Source: the human T2T-CHM13v2.0 reference genome, Homo sapiens. Taken from it: 64,000 bases of DNA. How positions within the stretch are numbered: the first letter of the stretch is position 1; every line of letters starts with the position of its first letter. Shown here in pieces: positions 1-14,096 of this stretch. A model generated the notes under the pieces. That model was not told the origin of the DNA. It was given only the letters and a program-made list of their open reading frames with translations, and searched no databases. Made by a program: the position numbers and the translations under genes. The stretch lies in the NCBI RefSeq assembly GCF_009914755.1, contig NC_060926.1, one strand, 5' to 3'.

Positions 1-1009
1 ATCAGAGTTGTCATCTTCACACATGGGGGAACAGGCCCATGTAAGACAGTTGGTTTCAGCTCTCCAGCAACCTTGGAGTTAATGGAGCTCTTTTCAATCT
101 TGAGCCATCAATTTTTCCAATGTAACCTATCATGGTAGAAACCTCCCAAATTATGGGGGTCTTCTCCATGATGAAGCTGAAGCACTCACTTTGCAACAAG
201 TAACCCTTAAGTGACTCCCCAAAGATACAATGATATTATTGGTTTACTATTAACTCACTACAGTGACTTTAAGTGGTATGGCTGCCTAGAGAATTTACAG
301 TCAGAGTTATTTCCCCTGGAAGAACAATATAAGGTGAGATGTTTGAGAGCAGAGACTCTTTTGTTAATGTCTGTGTCACCTATAAGTGGCAAAATACTTG
401 CCACATAGAATTCTACTCAATGATACTGGTGTGTTTGCTAAAAAATCCTGTATAGCTGATTGAGGGTTCCAGCCATGAAGTTTGCATTTTACATCTGCAG
501 TGCTGTGATGTTGTCCAGCTTCCTACGCGCAATGGCACTTCTCATTTTCCACTTTTTAATGACTCTTTAAATTCTTTATTTAATGACTCTTAAATTCTTT
601 ATTGTTGCAACTTACAATAAGTAACATTGAATGAGCCCCTAGAATACAGCCTGGCACCTAGGTTCCTGATTTGAGGATGCCCAGTGTTGCCCAGGCCCTG
701 TGGGCTGGACAAGGGAAGGCAATGTGAGGGCTGCACTCTGAGCCACTCCAGTCTGCCAGGAGAAATAGTGAAGTTGTGCCGCCATGTCACTGCTATCCAT
801 ACTCTAAGACAACTTCAAGTACTTCAGCTGAGATGAGGTAAAGGGTGAAGGTTGAGGTCAAAATACAGCTAAGTAACAGAGCGCAGAACAGAAATACAAA
901 GGAAGGGAGACAAAGGCGTGGATTCATCCGGTTGGCTGCTCAGTTCCATGCCAAGGGATGAACAGGTGTCTGTCTAGAAGCAAACTCTTAAATAAGAAAA
1001 GACCTACCT

Positions 1010-1130
1010 TAGAAATGTAGTCACATCTCCACTTGCTAAATTATGTGGCCTGTGGCATGTCACTGAGCCTCCGTTTCTGACTATATCATTAGGGCTATGA
1101 ATATCAAATGAATTAATGCATATGAATGGA
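1010..1130 (+). mobile_element. MIR fragment
   Basis: Degenerate MIR core (ccacttgcta...gtggcctgtggcatgtcactgagcctccgtttc). Confidence 0.6.
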
Positions 1131-1258
1131 TTTTGTTGGCAGTAAAACAATATTCAAATCTATTATGCTCTCAATATGTGGAAGGAGGACCACTTTCACC
1201 AACATAACAAAAACTGGTGTTACCAATTTGTTATATATGAAGCATGCAGGAATAAAAT

Positions 1259-1466
1259 CAGAGGAGCGTTCAAGCCAGCCCCCACCAGTTCCAGAGAGCT
1301 GACGGTATCCATCTTCTCCCAAATCTGCCTTCAGTGATCAGATGAGGGTAGTTTGCCATTGGCCACAGTGAGAATATTTACAGCATAGAATTTGGAAAAT
1401 GCTACAAATCAGGACCTCTTCATTCTCCGCTGGGAGAGGTTGTTAAACCTTACCAACACAAGACTG
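1259..1466 (+). mobile_element. MER63A-like hAT-Blackjack DNA transposon relic
   Basis: Resembles MER63 termini and the internal motif 'atttggaaaatgctacaaatcagg...ggttgttaaaccttaccaacac'. Confidence 0.65.
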
Positions 1467-1759
1467 GATGAAGTGTCTGTTTTTTCCAGTTAATCTTTCT
1501 CATATCTGACAAGGATAAGATTTTTTTCTATTTGTTTCACACTAGCCCTTTCAGACACCAGCATTTCCCTGGATTAGCAAAATAATCAGCATTCACAAGA
1601 GGAGAGAGAATGAGAAAAAAAAAAAAGGCTCTAAATCTGAAGCCTGTGTCCATCTTTCTTAGAGGAATTTAAATTCCAAGGCCTATATATTCTTCAATTC
1701 CATATGGTACCATGAGGTCTCAGTAAATATCACTCAATGGCTCCAATTTAGTAACACTG

Positions 1760-1760
<1 letters not shown>

Positions 1761-1803
<43 letters not shown>
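1761..1803. repeat. (CA)21 microsatellite
   Basis: Perfect CA run read directly. Confidence 0.98.
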
Positions 1804-1806
<3 letters not shown>

Positions 1807-3192
1807 TCATCTGCCATCTGCTGGACTTCATGTGAGAGTCGGTAGTTTCAGTCAATGGAATGGTGCTCATAGACACGAACCTCTAACCTGATTGAGATAG
1901 TTTGAGTCAATAACTTCTTCCTGATTGTTGAAAGATTAATAACACATTTATATTCTTAAAAGTGGCATCAACCATAAGCTGATGGGAAAAATCAAGTTTT
2001 CTGTGTGTTGGTTCCTCTCAAAGATGCATTCCACTGCGGAAGGGGTTTATGTACCTCCTAAGAGTATGGGGCGAGGGCAGGTGCAAGCCAAAGGGAAGCC
2101 TCAGAAATGTGTTCCCTACTCATCCTGCCCTCAAACAGGGCCAGTGACAGTAACAGACACTATCTGTTTCATGCACTTACTCCCATTTCTAGATCTGGTA
2201 CCTGAAACCACAGTGCCGAAAGTAGTCAAGTACGACTATGCCTGAAGCCCAGAAGTGTGGTTTTCCACAGTGAGGAAGATTTGCATTGTGAAGCAGATGT
2301 CAGATAGAAAAAGCAAAACAGAAATATGAAGACATTGTAAGAATTTTGGGGTGATTTCTGACCTGCTCAGTTTCCATCAGGGCATCCCAGGGTTTTTTGC
2401 CTTCTCAATTTTGAACAGCATAGCATTTAAATGATCATTTTTGTTTCTCTCCGCTGCTCCCCAATCTAAACAACAAAAGAAGGAATTTAACCTCATATCC
2501 TCGCTCTGAAATTAGCTCTATTGTCAAAAGATGACAGCTGTATCCTGATTTCAAGAATTTCATGTTGGAATAAAACAGCATTTTTGAAACCATTGTGTTA
2601 TTTCAAACAGATCTGTAATGGTCCCTGAGCAAACCATTTTCAGAAGACTTGGGTAAGTAAGATAAAAAGACACCATTTCTGAAGAGTTGCTTTTATGGGC
2701 TAGGTCAGAGTGCTCTCTTTCCATGTTGTTCATTCCCAGTTGAATTTCCTAATAGTCTATCTCCTCAGCTAACAGATGCCCAGCCTCATGTCGGAACCAG
2801 ATCGCGCCACTGCTGAGATTCCATCCAGTTCCTTTCTTATTGAGCCGTTTCCCTAGCAGATGGTGCAATGCTGCAGGCATACTCCTTCCTGTTAATTACC
2901 AGCCTTTGCTACAGATGGAAATGTCAGTCAGCCTCACAGGTCCTGGTTCCTGCCATTGCCTCAGTCCCTAGCCCTCTACCTAGGCAAGATGCTGCCAACA
3001 CACACCATGTGTTTTGTGACTGCTGACTAGGCAGGCAACAAAAAACAACTTACTTCATGAATATTCATGGCGGAATGTTTAAAGTTCTGTTCATCTGTGA
3101 TGCTTATAGATCCGCTTAAAGGGGATGGCACCTTCCTAAGAACACTCTGCCCCTTGTTTTCCTAAACTGAGGATACACGAGTTACCAAGTGA

Positions 3193-3206
3193 GTTGTCAT
3201 GGCAAC
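3193..3206. promoter_or_regulatory. RFX X-box motif
   Basis: GTTGTCATGGCAAC matches the palindromic X-box GTTGCCATGGCAAC at 13/14 positions, in non-repeat sequence. Confidence 0.55.
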
Positions 3207-3698
3207 GTAGAGAGGACCATTAAACGTCGGCCATTTGGAGCCTTCTGTAGATACATCAGTTTCTGACTAACATTCTTCTCATACCTCTAAGTATCACTTA
3301 ATTATTCTTGTCCTGCCATAACAGACCAATAGTCACCAAGCTGAACTGATTAGCTAATAACTGTTGGTTTTCATTAAACCCTGATTATCTCATTAGCGCA
3401 TATGTAGCCAATATGAATTCCTTGATCTTTCTTGGTATTTAAATATACCAAATCGAGATAAATGAATTTCAGTAGTCATCCTCTATCCATTAAGTCGAAT
3501 TATTTTACTTGTGTTGGAAACATTTTAGCAATCAAAACTGGGTATCTTTTTAGGTTTAGAGGAAAAAATTAGGGCTCAGGTTTTGAGAGTAGAGAAGAGG
3601 AAGTGAGATCTTGAGGAAGACTTTGATTGAAGGTCATTCAGATAAGCTTTTTTTCTTTTTTTTAATTTGTCATCTTCTTTGGGATGCTGTGTTTATAG

Positions 3699-4062
3699 GT
3701 GAGATCACGTGATGATGGAGAAGGTCACCAGAGCCAGGCACCTTGTCCACACACAGGGCTTCCTTCCTCCATGACTTAACCCAGAGATGTAGACGGCGGG
3801 GTCAACATTAAATACCACAAACAGGCAAAAGAGCTTCAGACAGAAGGATCATCTTCCTGAAGACAAAATAATCATCATCCTTTGAGGGCAAAGTGGGCAA
3901 CGTTATGGGTATGTAAAATTGAGAAGCAGCTTTCATGAGTCCTGATTTATTTATTTAAAAATCTAAATTTATTTTTTTCCTTAGGTATCTTTTGTTTTGG
4001 AATGGGACTCTACACTATGGGATTTCTAGTGGAGAGGACAGTTACCAGAGTCAGCACTGGAG
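3699..4062 (+). ncRNA. Two candidate non-coding exons (3699-3908, 3985-4062) separated by a 76-nt intron
   Basis: Pyrimidine tract+TAG acceptors at 3697-98 and 3983-84; donors TGG|GTATGT (3909) and GAG|GTATGG (4063). The first exon has stops in all three frames. Confidence 0.4.
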
Positions 4063-4436
4063 GTATGGGAATTTCTAAGCTAGAGAACTGCAGTAGGGAA
4101 AATTGAAAGATGCTATTTTGGGGGTCTCACTGATAGTTATGAAGCTTAAGTGTTTTTTCCTGGTGTCTTTTTAAGAAGCATATGTTAGTTGTATGCTTTA
4201 TGATATAAAAAAAGATAAAGCATGTATAGGTATTTTACAGGCAGAGCAGAGATGGGGATATTCTGAATGCCCTTACCCCCCAGAAAACAAAAGTTAAGCT
4301 ACATATATTTTATAAAGTAATAGGAGAGGATACATCTCTAGGAAAAGTGGGGAGATAATGCCCATAACGTAGCTAGGGCTCTACATTCCCTTGTTCAAAA
4401 TCAACTATGATTGCATTTTACAATGAAGAACGCACA

Positions 4437-5282
4437 CAGTGATTTGCAGGTAAATATTTAACAACAAGCTCGCCAAATAAAAATTGCTAGAATATATATA
4501 CATGTATATAATGTCATTATAAACTTTACTCATATAAAGGATGTATATCACACAATTTACAAATAATAAAATACACAATACTCTTTATTGCAAATTTTAC
4601 ATAAGCAATTAATTCTTACAGAATACTTTCACTGATTTTTGCCAAGCTGCAGTATCTGTAGCCAACCTATGGTTACAATTCAGTTATGATTTGATAATTG
4701 AAACTGAATCCCTTTCTGCTCTTTCCTCATTAAATTTGTTATCATTAAGTCCAATATGTGATCTATTGTTAAACTAGTTCTCATTCTCATACAAACTATT
4801 ATACATTTAGTAAATCAAAGTCTGTTTCTGGTTCATTGCTATGTATATCGGAATTTCACCCTTTGTTCAATGATGTGAGGAACTTTTTGTCTAATTGGAT
4901 AATGGTATTCAAATACAGGAAGAATATTTCTTCAATATCTTTTGCTATACACAATGTAGTAGCTACATGCACAGCACACTATTAGGTTTAATCTGCATTA
5001 CTGACATTTTCTGCAATACTTTCTTAAGTCTAGTCAATCAACAGAGCATTAAATCAAGTTTTGTTTTACAGTGTTTGCCAATTTCTGTTTTATAAATATT
5101 TCTACCATGCTCAATTTCAAGCTACCAACATGATGTCACTGAAGGCAAAGTTGGACAGAGAAGTTATAATAGTACACTTGATTTTTAATAATGACTGTGT
5201 TTAACAACCAAATTACAAAATTGCTGAAAATTTAACCCTAGGCTCTTGCAGGCTGGTGCAAGTCAACTCAAACACACCACCA
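4437..5282 (-). mobile_element. MER63C/D-like hAT-Blackjack DNA transposon
   Basis: Termini 'cagtgatttgcaggtaaatatttaacaac' and 'caaacacaccac' plus internal 'ttcaagctaccaacatgatgtcactg' resemble MER63. Confidence 0.75.
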
Positions 5283-5729
5283 GGGCACCCACTCTCCCCA
5301 TTTCCTCCACTTATCATCTCTTTTGGAATAAAGATATCATGTGTGTATGTTTACAAGTATGTAAAAATTACATAATTTTACAAAATCTTATTTAAGTGAA
5401 GCTTAATAAAGCATTCAATAAATTGAATTGAATGGATGCACACTTAATGAAGCTAGTTGAAAAAATAAAATATAAACACATGGAAAGTTTAGTAATATTT
5501 GGAGTGAGTTTCGCTTTGTGCCAAGGGAGATTTAACAGGACAATATGGCTTCTAAGAAGGGTGAGGACTTTCTGTATAGCCTAGTAGGGGTGGGCAAGGA
5601 GGTTAGCCTGAGCCTAGAAAAGTGGTTAAGATTTGGGTAGGTGAAGAGGGAAAAAAAGAATAGTTCAGTCATTAACTCAAAGAATATGTATTGATTGATT
5701 ACTAGTAACCATAAATATTAAATTTTATA

Positions 5730-6810
5730 TCATTAACAATCTTTAAAAGGGTACAGAGTTTCTCCAAAGAATGTTTTAATCTTCTAAGCAACTGGCGGGA
5801 CACAAATAAATGTCAAAAATCAGTTACTTAAGGAGTTTTAAATGTCTAAATTTTAAAAATTAACCACAGTGTCTAAAAGCAAACAAAAATTGTTTTCCTT
5901 ATATACTATATCTTTAAAAATTCTGTGGAGAATAACAGCAACAGAAACTTATGAGGAAGCCAAAAATTGCTTGTCAGATTTAGGAGATATACAAAAACCA
6001 AGTGTTTTGTTTTGTTTTGCTTTGTTTTTTAATTTGGTCTTCAAAGGAGGGAGAAGAAGGACACATGTAATTAAAGGTCAAAATGATAATAACTTGGCTA
6101 GAATTCATTTTCATTTGCAGACTGGCACTTGTAGGAATTCCCTATTAGCCCAAAGACTAGCCTGAAGTTAGTTAGGCATTATTTCCCAAAGTAAGAAAAG
6201 TTAGCTTTCATTTCTAAAGCCAGGAAGAAAGAATTATAGATCTGTATAAAACAAACATGGATGTGTTTGCCATAAAATGAGAAAAGAGATCTGTAATTCT
6301 GAATAAAGAAATATCTAACCTCTAATAGGGAAAATTTAAAAAATTTACTTTTTATTGAAAAGTAAATATGGAAATAAATACGAAAAATAACCAAATTGAA
6401 AATTGTTCAATCTGGTTAGTAATGTAATTAAAGGAATAAGATGTCAATTTCTCTTAGAAGGGAAACCAAAGCCATAGAAGTTACTACATTATTGCCTCTT
6501 CTGATATGAGATAGATATACTCATATACTGCTATGAATTGCTGCTCATTTATTTTTAGAAGTCAGTTTGACATATGTAACTAGAACCACAATAGAGAAAT
6601 GGTTAAAGATACTATGGGCCATCTGTCTGTCTGTCTGTCTCATCTGTCTAATTAGTTATCTAGAAAAACCAGTACGGAAAGAAAAAAATAACAAAATGTT
6701 AATGAATTAAAAGTGATTTGAGGTCTCTGTTTACATTTTTATGTATTTTTCCATTTTTTTTTTTACATTAGCAACTTTTGCTTTTATAATCAGAAAAAAG
6801 AAATCAAAGT
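5730..6810 (+). mobile_element. Highly degenerate old L1M fragments
   Basis: A-rich strand bias and eroded L1 3' motifs; boundaries uncertain. Confidence 0.4.
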
Positions 6811-6839
6811 TAATTTAGAAAGGAATTGTACTGCTTTTG

Positions 6840-7055
6840 AGGAGCACAAGCTTTGGATACAGAAAGACCTTGAATTATAGCCTGCTTTGAACCTCTACGA
6901 TCTGTGCAGCATTGGCTAAACATTTCTTAGACTCAGATCTTCAGTTTCACATCTTTTAAAAGGCATAATAACAGAATGCTTACAGGTTTACCTTGAAAAT
7001 AGCTGAGCCTACCTTACGGAGTGCTGGACGTGTGGTATGTGTTTAGTGCAGGCCA
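6840..7055 (+). mobile_element. MIR
   Basis: 'gagcacaagctttggatacagaaagacctt...cttcagtttcacatcttttaaaaggcataataacag'. Confidence 0.7.
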
Positions 7056-7739
7056 GCTCCCCTCCCCAGTTCAACACATCCTGAGTGGTATCCACTGACA
7101 TTGAAAGACCAAAATCAGATCTTTTTGAGTCTCATCAATTCTATCAAAAAAACCCTCCCCCTTGTGCTCTCAACCTAGGAGGGTCAAGCCAGTGGAATGG
7201 TAATCATCTTGTGTGAGTTGTCAGTGCTCTCCTAAGCATCTGTTACGCAGGATCACGCTCTTAAGTTTGCCAAAAATTACCTCATTGATAATGTCTGCTG
7301 GAGATGCTTAGGCAAAACTTGAAATAGAAAGATAGTCTTTTGGAAGACAATTCCCCACAAGTGTAACCCCAAAGAATGTTGGTTTGGTGACATGGAACAG
7401 CTGGAAAAGTAAGACCACATCGTTCAAAAGCATGACAGCACCTCTGCAAATGAGACGAGAGCTAAATATGTGTCTCAGAGATAGGAAGCTAAATCAGAAC
7501 GCAGCAAGAAGACAGCACACATTCGAGAGAGGAAAAAATGTGAAATCTGCTTCTGGCCATCAGAGGAGCTGATGCAATCCCGGCTGACTCGGGGGACAGC
7601 CACGGTGCCAGCTACAGAGGCCACATGGCTTCTAATGAGGCCAGGCCCAGTTGTAGCTCCGAAGAGTGGGTGAGCCAGCCAAATTTCACCCAAGGACAGA
7701 AGCAGCCTTAACAGCTGGTGAGTGAATTAACTTCAGGCA

Positions 7740-7747
7740 AACCGGTT
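7740..7747. promoter_or_regulatory. GRHL/TFCP2 palindromic site
   Basis: Perfect AACCGGTT. Confidence 0.4.
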
Positions 7748-8379
7748 GGACCCAGGTGGAGGGACATTTTGAATCATTCCCTTATGGGTAGAAAAAGAAC
7801 AAAACATCTTAGGAAACAGAGCTACCATGGCCTCTTTATTTCAGTTTAGTTTCTCCTGTCAGCCTTCTTTGGGGGCCAGGGAAGGAGCTAGGCAGGAGGG
7901 AGAAGCTTGGGGGCTTGAGGGACTGTGGAGCGATGACACATCAGTTTGAGACTGCATAAAAGGAGGATGGGGAAGTCAGGGTCCAGGGTGCGCTTGCATT
8001 GCAGAGCTGGGAAGGAGACTGCACTTGATCAAGGCAGCATTCCACCTGAGTTAAAGGAAAACATTTTAGGTGATGTGAGCTCTTAAAATGAGATTTCCTC
8101 TTAAGAGAACCTCTTCAGCATCTTTTTTATCTGCAGCTCTTATCAAATGCTGGGTCCCTGGCATTTGCACAGTAAATATTGTTGACCTGCTCCAGAGTAT
8201 CTCTACTCCCAAGATTTACCTGTTTATGGAGTGGGCTGTCCTCATGAGGCCTTGTCCCTGGAAGCGCCCTGCAGAGAGCAGGCTGATCCTGAAGGGACGG
8301 AAGAAGGGCTTCTTGCATTGACTGGAAACCTGAATCCTGAGGAATTCAGGGAAAGCCTGCATCCTGCAGTTTGAGCACC

Positions 8380-8414
8380 ATCCTGCCACCTGGTGGCTGC
8401 ATCCCTAAATTGCA
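8380..8414 (-). promoter_or_regulatory. CTCF binding site (core plus upstream ZF9-11 module)
   Basis: Minus strand reads TGCAATTTAGGGATGCAG-CCACCAGGTGGCAG: a consensus core with TGCAAT 18 nt upstream of CCACCAG. Confidence 0.75.
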
Positions 8415-8929
8415 AGGGCAGGTCTGTTTTAACAAGCCTCTAAATAAGTGAATTTGCAAAATAAAGTCATGAGGTGAAGCCATTTTGACAAATGTTAAAG
8501 AGAGATGCGAACATCTTAGAAGGATGGGTAGAATTAAAAAAAAAAACATATGTTGTGAGAGAATATAGCTTTTCTGGTGAGAAAGAGGTCAAATCAAATG
8601 TGAGTGGGCAGACAGGAAACAGGAGGCTAACGCAGCACCCAGGCGTGGGTAGGATACCGCATACCGCCCTGACATGCAGGTTATTCCAGGAAGATGTCTC
8701 TCTCTGTGAAGGCTGAGGTTACCACTGTTCCTACGCAGCCCAGGGAGGAAAGGGGTCTGGTAACATTGTGTGCCTCTCCTTTTTTGACATGCTAATATTT
8801 GACCCATATTTAAGTGTGCAAAAACCTTCTCAAGGCAGCACAACATCTTTTGATTTTTTAACATCAGCACTGAGTTTACCTGTTTTTTTTCTTTGGTCAC
8901 TTTTGTCTTCTTCCTTTCCCATTCTCTTC

Positions 8930-9690
8930 TTTAGTTGACAAGCACTGGCTACCATCTATGTGTCAACAATTGTGTCATGAGTTTGAGATGGGCCGACAGC
9001 ACGTGGAACTCAAAGGTGACTAAGGGAGAAAGGAAAGTAAATCAATGATCAGAGTCCAGAGAGCTACATGCAGTGCAACCCATGGTTTTATGGGAGAACC
9101 GACAGGGGCACCTCACTCTGGAAGGAACAACGCCAGGAGAGGCTTTGAGGTGCCGATAATGTCCAGGTGATGTGCAAATGTGTAGGAGCTAGCAAGACAG
9201 AAAAGCAGCTATTAATGGGGAAGTGGTGTGGGTGACATTTCAAATAGAGGGAATAGGAGGCAAAAGAAGATTAAAAATATATGCTTAAGGAAATGCTGGA
9301 ACGACTATTTCACATGGCCATGGTGCCAGAGATAAGTTTAGAAGACATGCACAGGATCAGACCAGGGAGGGTGAGCCAGTGGCTCTGCATTTCACCCTGG
9401 CAACTCTGAAGTCCTGCTGGAGAATTTTAAGCAGGGGCGGAACAGCCACCTGACAGATACAGATAAACATCCTGGAAAGATCACTCCTGCTGCAGAGAGA
9501 AAGGAGCAATGCTGGAGGCTGCGGCTGCCCAGGCCAAGGAGGCCTTCTGAAAAAGTCCATCTGGATGAAGGCGAATTCAAGAGCAGCTTAGCTGGCAGAA
9601 CTGAAGGACCGTGGTGCTCCTACAGATCATGTGGATGATGGGAAGGGTCTCCAGGAAATGCACAGAGGGTGTGAAAAGTTCCAGGTTGAA
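8930..9690 (-). mobile_element. L2 fragment
   Basis: Antisense L2 motifs such as 'gagaattttaagcagggg' and 'gaaagatcactcctgctgc'. Confidence 0.7.
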
Positions 9691-10949
9691 ATCCTAGGTG
9701 CAGGGTAGGCAATGGCCATTTTAGCATTTATGAATGGAAAATCCAGGGTGCACAATGCTTTGAGGAGAGAGTCACTTTGGATTTGCCTCCGGAGTCTACA
9801 GGTGCGGTGTCCTTGGGCGCCCAGCCATGCAAGTCTGGGGTCTGGGCTGGTAGCCGGATCTCAGCCTCTTTCATCTCCCTTTTTCCTCTTTTTATTTATT
9901 TATTTTTCATTCTTTCCCCTCTCCACATCTCAGTTCTAACCTCTTTGCCTCAATATGCTCTTTCTTGTCTGTTCTTTAAACAGGAACTTGTTTGGAATTG
10001 AGCCTTGATTCTGAAAAGAAAGTATCAGAGGGCAGCATTTGAACTGGCATTTAAGGTGTCAACCAGGGGGAATTTGGTGCCGACCAGTAAAAGGGGAGAA
10101 TCAAAAACAGAAGCTCCATCACCAGGGACAGGGCCAGACTCCTGACTAGAAACTCAGTGGATGTGCTGAATCATTCGGATACTTTCCAGAAAATTATTTT
10201 ACCTACTCAGAAGGCTGGGCATCAGCCAAAACTGTCTGGAAAACCACAAGGAAAGACATTTCCATGAAGTAACTAGAGTTTTGGGCTTCTACTCTAGAGG
10301 AATATAACAGGAACTTTCTTTAAAGAGTATGCAGGTGGTTCCTTTTAAGCTCACCTGTCTGGTTTTTCAAACAGATCAAGGGGTGATGGCAGGGAAACGT
10401 CTCCCCTGGAAATCTCACCCCTCCATTTGCTAAAGAGAAGGAGCTTCAATCCCTTGACAGGATGATGAAACAATAATAAACTGATGTGACCAAGTCTCAT
10501 GCCAGCAGTCCTACCTGTGGCCCACCCTTCTCGTGGCCAACAATGGCTTTTCTTAAATAAATAAAAATCAAGATTTGTACCACTCCTGCTGTAAGCTCTT
10601 CAGTGGCTCATGGATGAATGAACAGGATCACCATTGGCACACAAGTCCCCCCACAGATCACCTACTCATCTTTCCACCCCAGCTTTTGCCATTCTCTCCC
10701 CATCCCACAAATCCATTGCCATCCAAAGATAAGAAAGATACCAGATAGGGCTTCCCAGTTGCAGCAGAGTGGACTGTCTTTACACTGGAGGGCTATTCTT
10801 CCACAAAGAAGTCTTCTCCCCCGTGGGAAGGGATTGGAGTACTTCTCCTAGGCACTATGTGAGCAGATGGTTGAGAAATGAGCTAGCCCTTGAGCTTCTG
10901 CAGCAAGGGAGGGTCCCATCATGAGAGCAGATGGTATGGGAAATGCACC

Positions 10950-11170
10950 AGTTTGGAATTGGGAGGAACAAGTTTCAGGCCTGACTCAGATACAGATACT
11001 TGCCATCATCAGTATGCCCTTGAATGAACTATAAAGTGTCTCTGAACCTCTGTTGTCTCCTTTGCAGTGTTGAGCCAAGGTTATATACCACACAGGGATT
11101 GAGGAAGAGGAATTAAGGCAGCGTACATGGAAGTGGCTGGCTCAGTCATCACTGGCTAAACGCTACTTGA
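10950..11170 (+). mobile_element. MIR
   Basis: 'tctctgaacctctgttgtctcctttgcagt' core and MIR 3' end. Confidence 0.6.
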
Positions 11171-12144
11171 ATTCCATTCTAAAACTCCACATAGAAAGGC
11201 AATTTGACAAAATTTGATCATCCCTTCACCCCAATTATCACCCCGTGAACTTTTCTTCCATTTATCACCCTTGGATTTCGTAGCTCGGCACACACAGTCT
11301 TTCTCCCTCTCTCACTTCTTTCTTTCTCTCCTTTTTTCTTCTTCTGTTAAACCTAAGAAATTCTAATGCTGAAGAGGGTTTTCTTAAGGTGATTCTCCTG
11401 GAAAAGATGACTCTTTAAGCAAAAATTCAGACTTTCTCTAGAGTGACCGAGACATGTAGGTGGCGGTAGCAATACAGGCTGACCTTCCAGCATGGTCCTG
11501 GGAACCACAGGTCAGCTCTGCTGCAGATGCCCAGACAGCGTGTCTCTTCCTGAAACAAATCGACTTCCACATGGCTCTTCTGAAGACTAAGATGGCCACG
11601 TCTATCTAATGAACCCATCCTGCCACCTCCATTTGGGTCCTGGAAATGGACCGAGCTCTTTTGTGGTTCCCTGTACATTTCAGCGTGCATCTTTAGCTAT
11701 GAGAGGTCATTTGCTGCCAGTTCTGTTGGCTTTAATGAGTCTCCTGCCTTGGACCTGGAGAGAGAAGTGGGAAAATGTGATTCTCATGCCCAGGCCTGGC
11801 CTCCCTGAACTCACTTTTCCCATTAAGCTTTGACACTGGACCATGCCTTTGTTGGCAGAGGAGGTTTTTATGGATCTTATGGGGGATGCACAATGGAAAC
11901 TGGAATTAAACTTGTGTTTCTCTTTTTTCTCTCTCTTTTCCTTGATTGGGTTTTGACAGAAATTATTTGACTGTTTCCTTTTCACATGGACAGAATCGAG
12001 TATGTTCTTTCAACGTTATCCAAACCATCATGCTCAAATGGAAAGGAAAGTTCTGTGAGGTTAAATGGCAGAGACATGATGTCTACAGTAGGAACAAAGC
12101 TGCTTAGATCCTTCCAGACGCTGTAAATTCCCCTAACATAAAAG

Positions 12145-12635
<491 letters not shown>

Positions 12636-12809
12636 CTAGGAATCCTCCCCTCCCTCTCTTGATCCTGCCGTGTGACTTTCTGTTCTCAGGTCTCTACACT
12701 CCCATAGGATCTCTGAACATTTTCCATGTGTCAAACAGGGTAACCTCTTAGAAGTCTTCTTTGCCTTTTCAGAATGAGAGGTGGCCTTTAGCCATCCACC
12801 CACATGGTT

Positions 12810-13638
<829 letters not shown>

Positions 13639-14096
13639 TGACACCGCCTTACTTTCTGCATTTCAGTTTGGAGGTCAGAGGCTAAATTTCTTTATTTGTT
13701 GCATCAGCCTCTACACTTGAGGGAAATATCTTCAAAACAAAGAAAGTTTTATTAAAAGAGGGAACACCTGATTTAGTTAGATTAGCCACAAAGAGGAATT
13801 TTGGATTGCCTGTTTCTGATGGGCTTGTTAAGATAGTATTTTGATTTTTAAATAACTATATAACTTTAATGTTATCATAATTAAATAATAGAATAAACTT
13901 TCTTTGCTTTTTGAATACATTTTTTCTTGCTATGCAGTGTGATGTTTCTTTTTCTTAAGGTATAAATGCATTGTTTAACATGTATTTCCAACATATTATG
14001 AGACTACTATGTAATAGACATTTTTCCCAACAAGACAGCATTCCTTAAATTGAGTTAATCACCTACATAATGGTCATGTTAAGTTGTTTTGAAATA

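Noticed and set aside
2221-2245. ORF ending YDYA, superficially like an HA tag or synthetic insert
   Set aside because: It does not match YPYDVPDYA and the flanks look like ordinary genomic DNA. I saw no vector or non-human segment in the window.
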